DNA of 62,720 nucleotides, the filler included, from Asterionella formosa (lineage: Eukaryota), in assembly GCA_002256025.1 (NCBI GenBank). It is 17 parts of 17 records of this genome, joined end to end, with 100 filler letters (N's around TTAATTAATTAA, not from the genome) between each part and the next. Parts side by side here need not be neighbours in the genome. Positions count along the whole stretch, not along the records: positions 22,202 to 52,657 come from NKIB01000863.1; positions 52,758 to 54,671 come from NKIB01000864.1; positions 54,772 to 56,683 come from NKIB01000865.1; positions 56,784 to 58,695 come from NKIB01000866.1; positions 58,796 to 60,708 come from NKIB01000867.1; positions 60,809 to 62,720 come from NKIB01000869.1; 11 more parts are not named here. One strand, given 5' to 3'. Of the stretch, positions 49,555 to 60,941 are shown piece after piece (the stretch's first letter is position 1; the number at the start of each line of letters is the position of its first letter). Under the pieces are notes generated by a model. It worked only from the letters and a program-made list of their open reading frames with translations, did not search any database and was not told the DNA's origin. The position numbers and the translations under genes are program-made.

Positions 49555-50700
49555 CCTGACACAAGTAGCAATCCTTCTGCCCACAGTTGTTCCTCCCACC
49601 AAACAACCCTGATCATTCCATTCCATACTGAGCAAGTGTGATTGCCAGGCTGCTCCAGCACTATCAAATCTCTCTAGGTGGATATTGATATGTAGAACTC
49701 ATAGTAGAAAGGTTATAAAGCATGTAAGAACAAGAAAAGCATTGCTTGGTGGCAACATTGACATCATGGTCAACAACTATACAAATCAACAAATATGATC
49801 AAAAAAAATCATTAAAGATTAGGCATTGATGCATACATCGGACTTTGTGTAGAAAGATCAACAGAACCAAAACGGAAGTGCAGAATGACAAACAACAATG
49901 GAAGCAACAAAATCGGAAATTCAACAGATAGTATCTACATTCCATGTTCAGTGTTTCACTGGTGTATTCACCAATCCGCTCTAGCTAACATAACAAGCAG
50001 CAGACAATTGGATCAAATAAAAGTCAAAAGTTCCCTGTTGCAAGCCTGAATTAGGCAGGATAGAGTGAGAAGTATTATCGAGAGGACATATGTAAAATCA
50101 ATGAATATGTGAACAATATTATTTAACATTCTGGTCTCATAAAGATAATACCAATTCTACAGTATGTATATTAAAATGTTGTGATCAAAATAAGCATCAA
50201 AGTTTAGCTTCAACCATGCATGGTTATTTTTAGTACCATGTCCATATGTAGGGTAAATGACTAGAAAATCCATTAAGCACATAAATGACCGGAACAAAAA
50301 TTTGCCACCAACATTAGTCATACCAACATCATCAATTGTCTGAAGAAATATGGACAATGCGATTACATGAATCCCACAAACAGACAAGCAATCCAACAAG
50401 CAACCGCATCCTTTAGAAAACGAATCGCTATTGGCATCATTAATGAGCTGATTTCTCTTCAAACCGGCTGGTCATGATGGATGACAATTGGCATGGTGAA
50501 AGGTGAATTGCCGGAGTCCACTTTTCAGTAGACGAACAAAAATGAAGTGAATTCTAGATATAAAATATTAGAATCTGAATAGTATTTGAAATGGTTTCCT
50601 TAAGTAAATCCCTGGCCGATTTCAGCAATTCCCGCTCCAGCTATCCTCGTGCCATTTGGGTACTTCTAAGTAATTTTTAGGCTCTAAGTAATTTCTTTAG
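49555..50700 (-). mobile_element. Diverged family A copy in inverted orientation, fused at ~50626 to a right-TIR fragment
   Basis: Reverse complement of 51115-52260; 50626-50697 is the reverse complement of 22983-23055. Confidence 0.8.
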
Positions 50701-50889
50701 TACGGTCAACCTGCTCGCACCACCCAGCCTCGAACACATGTATACTCGCAGGCAAGAGACCACCTCGGGCGTGTATTGCCTTCAGCAAGTCGTTGCGGTC
50801 ATTTTGTATAATGTCGAGCACCAACAGGGGAGGGTGAACGAATGTGTCTGTTAGGCTGTTGATGTCAACAGGTGTCCGAAGGCTAGATG

Positions 50890-52657
50890 TATCATTGGCT
50901 TACCTACTGCCAACAAATAAAGCATAAATGTCAATTTTAGCTCATTATAGCCCATCATATTAAGTTTATTTCTTATATTTCCTATCTTCACATCGAAATT
51001 TGCAATGGGTCTCATATTGCCGATCATAAAAATATATTTTTCGTATTTCATATGTTAGCATTTTGGCAAGACAACAGATGCCAGTTGCCCCTCGGTTTTC
51101 CAGACCTGGGATTGCCAAAATCGGCAAGGGGTCAACTAAGTAAGGAAACTATTCTATATATTCTACAGATTTTAATATTTTATATCTAGAATTCACTTCA
51201 TTTTTGTTCGTCTACTGAAAAGTGGACTCCGGCAATTCACCTTTCACCATGCCAATCGTCGTCCATCATGACCGGTTTGAAGCGAAATCAGTTCCGCGAT
51301 GACGCCAGTAGCGATTTGTTGTCTAACGGATGCGGTTGATTGTCGGATTGCTTGTCTTCTCGTGGCATTCATGTAGTTGCATCGTCCATTTTTCGTCGGA
51401 CGAACGACGATATCGATACATCTGATGTTGGTGGCAAGTTTTTGCTCCGGTCATGTATGTAATGATGCTTAACGGATATTCTACCGGTTACCGGCAGTCA
51501 TCTAGTCTACATACGTACGTGGTACTGAAAACAACCATGCATGGTTTAAGCTATGCTTTAACGCTTACTTTGAACACGTAATAATATTATCTCTGTAGAC
51601 TCGGTATTATTTTTACGAGACCTGAAGTGTTGAAATATATCGTTCACATATTCATTGATTTTACGTACTGTATGCCCGATTTCGTCCTCACAAATATAGT
51701 TCTCACTCAATCTTGCCTGCCTTTGCTCTATTCGGGCTTGCAATAGGCAACGTTCGTCTTTCTTTGATCCCATCGTCTGCTGCTTGTTATGCTAGTTGAA
51801 GCGGATCGGTAAGTACAACAGTGAAACACTGAATGTGGATTGTAGATCGTATTTACCATATCGACTTTCCGATTTGATTGCTTCTGTGGTTTGTTTTGAT
51901 CGCTTCCATCGTTGTTTGTCGTTACGCACTGTCGTTTTGTTTCGATTGTACATATCTACATAAGAACCAATGCATTTATCAATGACTACTCATTGAAGAC
52001 GTGGTATTGTGCCGTTGTTGATTTGTATACTAGCTAGTCATTGACAATGATGTCAATATTGCCGCCAAGCAATGCTTTTCTTGTACTAACGCGCTTTGCT
52101 ACATTTCTACTGCAAGTTCGTATCAGAAGCTACATGAATACTCAGCTAGAGAGAGTCAATATTGCTGGAGCAGCGTGGCGATCACGCTTGCTCAGAATGG
52201 AATGATCAGGGTTGCCTGTTAAGTGGGAGGAATGACTGTGGCGGAAATACTGCTACTGGTGTCAGGCTACTACAGCGATGCGCATGGTTGCAGCAACCAG
52301 ACCATTGACGCTAAATAACGATGCAGGTCTACATTGGGTTGAGCTTTTCTTCTTCTTCTTCCAGTCTTCGATTGTATGGCAATGGAAAGTCAATGTTGCC
52401 TGTGTAAGTACTACAATGATTCACAATGCATAGTAGCTACGTCTCCATTGGAACTCTTTTTTTTCATTTCTAGCCCAAAACAATTTTTTCTATTTCTCAT
52501 TTGATGCTACTTATTACATCGCATTTCATACTTTGGTTGCTCCAAACATCATGTTCAATTTTCATTGATGTTGCATGTTACAATCATTCTCGTGTGTTTT
52601 ACACTTGTTGTACCATCTCTATGCATATTACCGATATTCTGGTTGTCATGCTAAAAT
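50890..52657 (+). mobile_element. Longest family A copy, running to the contig end
   Basis: Aligns with 560-1921 and 22320-22915. Confidence 0.88.
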
Positions 52658-53190
52658 NNNNNNNNNNNNNNNNNNNNNNNNNNNNNNNNNNNNNNNNNNN
52701 NTTAATTAATTAANNNNNNNNNNNNNNNNNNNNNNNNNNNNNNNNNNNNNNNNNNNNTTTTGCTCTTTTGCTCTTTTGCAAACATTTGCGAACTTTGCGT
52801 TCTTTTGTGCTCTTTTGTGAAAATGCAATGCAAGGTCGATTTTAGATAAAACATTGTTCGAGCATTGCCACCGCATCAACCAAATACCAAGCCAATTGAA
52901 GTTGCGGGTCGTGATGCGTTGTGTTGGTCGAAAAAGCAAAAATATTTTAGCCACCGCATCGACCAAGACCAAATATGCTTTGGTCTTGATCGAGGATGAC
53001 CCCCTTATCGACCAAATATCAGGTGTTTGGTTGATTGGACTCCGACCGTAGCCAAATAAAAGGAGTATTTCTATTGGTTTAGATTGTGGCTAGCGCCGGC
53101 AACATAACGTCAACAACTGTTTAATTGATCCACAAACGCTTACAATACACATTTACCTTACTCTCTTGATGTAGACAAATAATGAACTTA

Positions 53191-54421
53191 AGGTTGCTGC
53201 ATTTGAACCCCTAGGCAAAAATTAAAATATTGCTTAGGGTTGCGAAAATTCCCTGGAATTAAGAATTTAATTAGCTATTTTTGAATGACGTGATTCCATT
53301 TGAAATATTTGAATCAGTGGAAATTTGCGAATACGTACATAGATTCCTTGTCAAAATCGCTAAATATATATATCGACACTAGTCGTTGAATGTATATATA
53401 TGCTAAAAATACGATCAACATGTATGCATGGACACTCTATACACCGATTAACGATTTTATATGCTATGCATTGAATCCGTTCGACATATTCAAATCGTTT
53501 AATATATTCATATATATTTATATATATATATTGGTTCTACATCGCTTCATGTGCATACACCAGTACCACAATGTATACTCCTATCGACGAATATGGGTCA
53601 TGTATATGACCCGGCGGCTCGGCAAATATTTGAAAGTGCACCCAAGGAGCGGTACGCGTACCGGTATGTCCAATGATGATCATCTACTGGTACCCGTCGT
53701 GAATATAGCACCGGACTGTCAGTACACCCAAGAAAATGTTACATGTTATTCCAATGTGGCCAGCGTAGGTTTGCACGACCTCGCAAACCAGGCCAATCAA
53801 ACAGAGGAATGTACTTAATGCTCACCAATCATATTAAATATGTGGAAGCGGGTACTTACAATGGAATTTTTCGGACAGGAGATTTTAGGACTAAAAATTC
53901 CGGCACACGACTGCCATTCCAATGATGACGTTTCGGCACTTAATAATTCTGATTCCGATATTTTGGCGACCGCAGAAAAGGCCGATTTTGTCGAGTTTTT
54001 GGACGACGATAGCTAAACGTTGGCTGGGTCTGACGGCGATTTAGATACATAGGTAACTTTCAAATAGCATCAGTATATAACTTCTGGCGAGAAACTGCAG
54101 AAAGGAACTTCGGTTTTTTTACTATGCCAAATAAACAGATTTCCCCCGAATTTTCGAGTCTTTTTAGCATAGCTAAAAAACCGAAGTTCCTTTCTGCAGT
54201 TTCTGACCAGATCCTATATACTGACGATATATTGAGTGAACCTACACCCCTACTTTGTCCGAAGACTGTATTTAAGCATATGGAAAGGGTGTCTATTGGT
54301 GATAGCTCCATTGAGCGTTATACATTTTTAATTTATTTGTGTAAAGTACGTGTTTGATTAGTCTGACTGAATATTATTTTCTTAACCCTACCTCGAGCTA
54401 GGGGTTCAAATGCAGCAACCT
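53191..54421 (+). mobile_element. Complete family B MITE (1.23 kb) with perfect 24-bp TIRs
   Basis: AGGTTGCTGCATTTGAACCCCTAG ... CTAGGGGTTCAAATGCAGCAACCT; T/A-rich 3-bp flanks (TTA and TTT), which is PIF/Harbinger-like. Confidence 0.88.
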
Positions 54422-54548
54422 TTTAAGTACAAAAACCTTTGAATAATACCGGCAGCTATCTATAAAATGTTTCCCCTTCGAGTCTTTGACGATCCCAATA
54501 AGATATCGTCATCCATTGTTGTCGAAGCAGGAGGCTACCACATGAGAC

Positions 54549-54671
54549 GGAGCAGAAGGAGCAGCAACAGGAGCAGCAACAGGAGCAGGAGCAGCAACAG
54601 GAGCAGGAGCAGGAGCAGCAGGAGCAGCAGGAGCAGCAGGAGCAGCAGGAGCAGCAGGAGCAGCAGGAGCA
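54549..54671 (+). repeat. (GGAGCAGCA)n simple repeat at contig end; also at 56562-56683
   Basis: Seen directly in the sequence. Confidence 0.95.
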
Positions 54672-55204
54672 NNNNNNNNNNNNNNNNNNNNNNNNNNNNN
54701 NNNNNNNNNNNNNNNTTAATTAATTAANNNNNNNNNNNNNNNNNNNNNNNNNNNNNNNNNNNNNNNNNNNNTTTTGCTCTTTTGCTCTTTTGCAAACATT
54801 TGCGAACTTTGCGTTCTTTTGTGCTCTTTTGTGAAAATGCAATGCAAGGTCGATTTTAGATAAAACATTGTTCGAGCATTGCCACCGCATCAACCAAATA
54901 CCAAGCCAATTGAAGTTGCGGGTCGTGATGCGTTGTGTTGGTCGAAAAAGCAAAAATATTTTAGCCACCGCATCGACCAAGACCAAATATGCTTTGGTCT
55001 TGATCGAGGATGACCCCCTTATCGACCAAATATCAGGTGTTTGGTTGATTGGACTCCGACCGTAGCCAAATAAAAGGAGTATTTCTATTGGTTTAGATTG
55101 TGGCTAGCGCCGGCAACATAACGTCAACAACTGTTTAATTGATCCACAAACGCTTACAATACACATTTACCTTACTCTCTTGATGTAGACAAATAATGAA
55201 CTTA

Positions 55205-56436
55205 AGGTTGCTGCATTTGAACCCCTAGGCAAAAATTAAAATATTGCTTAGGGTTGCGAAAATTCCCTGGAATTAAGAATTTAATTAGCTATTTTTGAAT
55301 GACGTGATTCCATTTGAAATATTTGAATCAGTGGAAATTTGCGAATACGTACATAGATTCCTTGTCAAAATCGCTAAATATATATATCGACACTAGTCGC
55401 TGAATGTATATATATGCTAAAAATACGATCAACATGTATGCATGGACACTCTATACTCCGATTAACGATTTTATATGCTATGCATTGAATCCGTTCGACA
55501 TATTCAAATCGTTTAATATATTCATATATATTTATATATATATATTGGTTCTACATCGCTTCATGTGCATACACCAGTACCACAATGTATACTCCTATCG
55601 ACGAATATGGGTCATGTATATGACCCGGCGGCTCGGCAAATATTTGAAAGTGCACCCAAGGAGCGGTACGCGTACCGGTATGTCCAATGATGATCATCTA
55701 CTGGTACCCGTCGTGAATATAGCACCGGACTGTCAGTACACCCAAGAAAATGTTACATGTTATTCCAATGTGGCCAGCGTGGGTTTGCACGACCTCGCAA
55801 ACCAGGCCAATCAAACAGAGGAATGTACTTAATGCTCACCAATCATATTATATATGTGGAAGCGGGTACTTTACAATGGAATTTTATGGACAGGAGATTT
55901 TAGGACTAAAAATTCCGGCACACGACTGCCATTCCAATGATGACGTTTCGGCACTTAATAATTCTGATTCCGATATTTTGGCGACCGCAGAAAAGGCCGA
56001 TTTTGTCGAGTTTTTGGACGACGATAGCTAAACGTTGGCTGGGTCTGACGGCGATTTAGATACATAGGTAACTTTCAAATAGCATCAGTATATAACTTCT
56101 GGCGAGAAACTGCAGAAAGGAACTTCGGTTTTTTTACTATGCCAAATAAACAGATTTCCCCCGAATTTTCGAGTCTTTTTAGCATAGCTAAAAAACCGAA
56201 GTTCCTTTCTGCAGTTTCTGACCAGATCCTATATACTGACGATATATTGAGTGAACCTACACCCCTACTTTGTCCGAAGACTGTATTTAAGCATATGGAA
56301 AGGGTGTCTATTGGTGATAGCTCCATTGAGCGTTATACATTTTTAATTTATTTGTGTAAAGTACGTGTTTGATTAGTCTGACTGAATATTATTTTCTTAA
56401 CCCTACCTCGAGCTAGGGGTTCAAATGCAGCAACCT
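55205..56436 (+). mobile_element. Family B MITE in the duplicate contig 54772-56683 (copy of 52758-54671)
   Basis: Same TIRs and flanks; few SNPs. Confidence 0.88.
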
Positions 56437-57334
56437 TTTAAGTACAAAAACCTTTGAATAATACCGGCAGCTATCTATAAAATGTTTCCCCTTCGAGTCT
56501 TTGACGATCCCAATAAGATATCGTCATCCATTGTTGTCGAAGCAGGAGGCTACCACATGAGACGGAGCAGAAGGAGCAGCAACAGGAGCAGCAAAGAAGC
56601 AGGAGCAGCAGGAGGCAGGAGCAGGAGCAGCAGGAGCAGCAGGAGCAGCAGGAGCAGCAGGAGCAGCAGGAGCAGCAGGAGCANNNNNNNNNNNNNNNNN
56701 NNNNNNNNNNNNNNNNNNNNNNNNNNNTTAATTAATTAANNNNNNNNNNNNNNNNNNNNNNNNNNNNNNNNNNNNNNNNNNNNACATCACCACTTGTATT
56801 TGAAGCCATTCTTTTTCTAAAGATGAACCGTCATTTTTGGAATGATGTTATTGTAGGAAAAGCGATGGGAAGGACACTTGCTCCTGCAGATGAATTCTAG
56901 AAAATAATCCATTAAAATTTACCTATGTTATTCTTTGCTTAATATAAAAATATATGGACCACTTCATTTGCAAACTATTCACATCACGATAGCAAGATTT
57001 GATAAATTATCATCTATTCATTGATCTCCGTCTACTTTTTCTCTGGTAGAAAAATAATGTGAAATAATGTTTAATTGCAAGTGCAACATTTCCAAATAAC
57101 TTTTAAAAACAATCTACCTACAATATACTAATTAAAGCAGGATTTAACAATATGAAATCAGGCAAATAATGACAATGATGAAGTTTCTTTCCAGCTACTG
57201 ATTCTTTAATAACGGTATGATGATTAAGTCTTTTCGTTACAATGGACAGTACCATCCATTTGGAAAAGAATAGAATAAGATAGTATCCCAACGCCATGGA
57301 AAGGGCCAGTTCATCATTCATGTTGTAAAATCTA

Positions 57335-58695
57335 CTCACAAAATTGAAATGATATGTTTCTACTAGGCTACTACTGGCTGCTGGATATACCATTTCTTTA
57401 CAACCATAAGACCGTTCCGTTATGTTGAACATTTCAATTGACTGGGGACTAGAATAGTTTGGAAGTGTATCCATATCTCTTTCTTGGAACAATGACAAAC
57501 GACATAAAATGGTCATCATGTATTGTTGTCGCATAAATACACAAAATTGAAATGATAGGTTCCTACTACTGGATATTCCATAAAACTTTACAACCATGAG
57601 ACCTTTCCATGATGTTGAACATCTCATTTGAAGGGGCAATAATATAGAATGAGATTATACACTTACCTCATTCTTGAAACAATGACAACCCACATAAATA
57701 CACAAAATTTAAATGATTGGTTCCTAGTACTGGATATTCCATAACTTTACAACTATGCGACCACTCCATGATGTTGAACATCTCATTTGACGGGGGAGTA
57801 ATAACGAGTGATATTATACCCATATATCACTCTTGGAACAATCACCAACGCCAAACAATGGTGAGCATGTGATGTTGCAGCATAAATACACAAAATTGAA
57901 ATGATTGGTTTCTACTACTGGATATTCCATAACTTTGCAACAATGAGACCTTTCCATGATGTTGAACATCTCATTTGACGAGCCAATAATAAAGAATGAG
58001 AATCAACCCTTATCTCATTCTTGGAACAATGACAAACGACATAAAATGGTCATCATGTGATGTTGTCACATAAATTCACAAAATTGAAATGATAGGTTCC
58101 TACTACTGGATATTCCATAACTTTACAACTATAAGACCTTTCCATGAAGTTGAACATCTTCATTGACTGGGGATTAATATAGACCGAGATTGTATCCAAA
58201 TCTCAAATTTGGAACAATGACTAATGCCATAGAATGGTCATCATGTCATGTTGCAGCATAAACACACAAAATTCAAATGATAGGTTTCTACCACTGGATA
58301 TTACATAACTTTACAACTATGCGACCTCTCCATGATGTTGGACATCTCAATTGATTGGGTAGTTGTATAGAATGAGATTGTATCCAAATCACAAAATGGG
58401 AACAATGACAAACGCCATAGAATGGTCATCATGTCATGTTGCAGCATAAAGACACAATATTAAAATGATAGGTTTCTACTACTGGATATTCCATAACTTT
58501 ACAACTATGAGACCTTTCCATGATGTTGGACATCTCAATTGACTGGGTAGTTGTATAGAATGAGATTGTATCCAAATCACAAAATGGGAACAATGACAAA
58601 CGCCATAGAATGGTCATCATGTCATGTTGCAGCATAAAGACACAATATTAAAATGATAGGTTTCTACTACTGGATATTCCATAACTTTACAACTA
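57335..58695. repeat. Tandem array of 188-bp units, about 7.3 copies, running off the contig end
   Basis: The tggatat anchor occurs at 57382, 57570, 57731, 57919, 58107, 58295, 58483 and 58671 (spacing 188, with one 161-bp deleted unit). Confidence 0.93.
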
Positions 58696-58824
58696 NNNNN
58701 NNNNNNNNNNNNNNNNNNNNNNNNNNNNNNNNNNNNNNNTTAATTAATTAANNNNNNNNNNNNNNNNNNNNNNNNNNNNNNNNNNNNNNNNNNNNCGTAC
58801 GGATACCGGTATACGGGTAGGATC

Positions 58825-59519
58825 GGCCAACACCCAAGAAAATGCTTCATGTGTATCCAGTGTGGCCGGCGTGGGATTGCACGACCTCGCAAACCGTGCC
58901 AATCGAACGGATGTAAGGATAACCAATCAGAATATGATTATTACAGCGGGCAATTACATTGGAACTTTTTGTATACGAGATTTTACGACTACAAATTTTA
59001 GCACAAGACTACCATTCCGATGATGACGTTTCGGCGATTAGTGATTCTGATTCCGACGTTTGGGTGACCGTTGAAAAGGCCGATATTGTCGAATTTTTGG
59101 ACGACGATAGCTCAACGTTGGCAGGGTTTGAAGAAGAGTTAAGTACATATGTAATCTTCATATAGCCCCAGAAGTTAACTTTCGGCGAGAAACTGCAGAA
59201 AGGAATTTCGGTTTTTTTACTAGGCCAAATAAACGAGTTAGCCCGGTAAAATCCACTATTTTCAGCATAGTTAAAAAACCGAAGTTCCTTTCTGCAGTTT
59301 CTCGCCAGATCCTATATCCTGACGATATATGGCGTTGACCTATACCCCTACTTTGATAAATGACTGTATTTAAGCATGTGGAAAGGGTGTGTATTGGTGA
59401 AAGCTCCGTTTAGCGATATACATTTACGGTTTAGTCGTAAGAAGTCAATGTTTGACTACTCTGACTTAATATTATTCTTTTAACCCTACCTCGAGCTAGG
59501 GGTTCAAATGCAGGAACCT
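58825..59519 (+). mobile_element. Family B right part, inserted into a family A copy at a TTA/TAA site
   Basis: The TIR ...CAGGAACCT is followed by TAAAGCATAGC, which is the internal family A sequence GTTAAAGCATAGC seen at 10171. Confidence 0.85.
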
Positions 59520-60303
59520 TAAAGCATAGCTTTAATCATGCATGGTTGTTTTAGTACCACGTACGTATCTAGACTAGATGACTGCCGGTAACCGGTAGAA
59601 TATCCGTTAAGGATCATTACATACATGACCGGAGCAAAAACTTGCTACCAACATCAGATGTATCGATATCATCGTTCGTCCGACGAAAAATGGACGATGC
59701 GACTACATGAATGCCTCGAGAAGACAAACAATCCAACAATCAACCGCATCCTTTAGGCAAAGAATCGCTACTGGCGTCATCGCGGAACTGATTTCGCTTC
59801 AAACCGGTCATGATGGACGACGATTGGCATGGTGAAAGGTGAATTGCCGGAGTCCACTTTCCAGGAGACGAACAAAAACGAGGTGAATTCTAGATATAAA
59901 TTATTAGAATCTGAATAGTATATAAAATGGTTTCCATAAGTAGACCCCTTACCGATTTCGGCAATCCCAGGGCTGGAAAACAGAGGGGCAATTGGCGTCT
60001 GTTGTCTTGCCAAAATGCGAACATATGAAATGTTCAAAAAATATTTTTATGATGGGCAATATCGGACCTTTGGCAATTTTCGAGGTGAAAATAGGAAATA
60101 TCCAAAATATATTTTATATGATGGGCAATAGTAGGAAAAAATTGACATTCATGCTAAATTTGTGGGCAGTAGGTAAGCGAATGACGCGACGATAGCTAGA
60201 GCGGGAATTGCCTCAACAATATCCTTCTCAGCGGCTACTTGCCTTCTCGTATACATGTGTGCTCGCAGGCAAGAGTCCACCTCGGGCGTGTATTGCCTCC
60301 AGC
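59520..60303 (-). mobile_element. Repeat family A copy
   Basis: Aligns with 10172-10955. Confidence 0.87.
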
Positions 60304-60941
60304 ACTGTCTTTCTGAAAATGTAGCCCGCAGTAATACCGGTATGTACTGCAATATAGTTTCCTGACCTACGGTACCTGGTACCTGGTAGGTGTTGTGAAT
60401 GAGAGTACCGGTAGTACCAGGTAGAGGCAGCTGGTATCATGGGTACGTACAGCAGACTATTTTCTGTTGATGGTCCGGGAAAGGACCGGTTAACTTTAAG
60501 TAAAAGTATGCTAAGCAATCATTTCCTAGATTTCATGACGAGGCAGAAGGCACGATTGTCCCACCGCATCCAAGCGGGATACATACCCCACACTTCATTT
60601 ATTATCATTAATAGCATTGATGCCTTTTGATTTGCACATTGTTTCCATCGAGACACAGGCAAGGATAGAGAAGACATCTTCTGTACCCCTGGAATGTTGC
60701 ATGCAGCANNNNNNNNNNNNNNNNNNNNNNNNNNNNNNNNNNNNNNNNNNNNTTAATTAATTAANNNNNNNNNNNNNNNNNNNNNNNNNNNNNNNNNNNN
60801 NNNNNNNNTTCTAGAAGTTTGGGCCTGCTGAATTCTATACTTTCCGGTACTTCCATCCAAACCACATTAAGGAGCAAGCAATCAGTGTCTCAAGGTAAAA
60901 TAAACAGGAATTAGTCATTGGCTGAGTAGGATATGCAACAA

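Noticed and set aside
54467..54671. SR-rich protein ORF
   Set aside because: Produced by a GGAGCAGCA simple repeat at a contig end; frame and coding status cannot be determined.
57335..58695. Array as a CRISPR locus or repeat-protein gene (VVKLWNI resembles WD40)
   Set aside because: The variable windows are homologous to each other, the unit is 188 bp, the frame shifts every unit, and there are many stops and no conserved splice sites or cas genes.
58959..59165. Acidic peptide DDDVSAISDSDSD... inside family B
   Set aside because: Stops and frame differ among copies; at most a relic, with no transposase motif.
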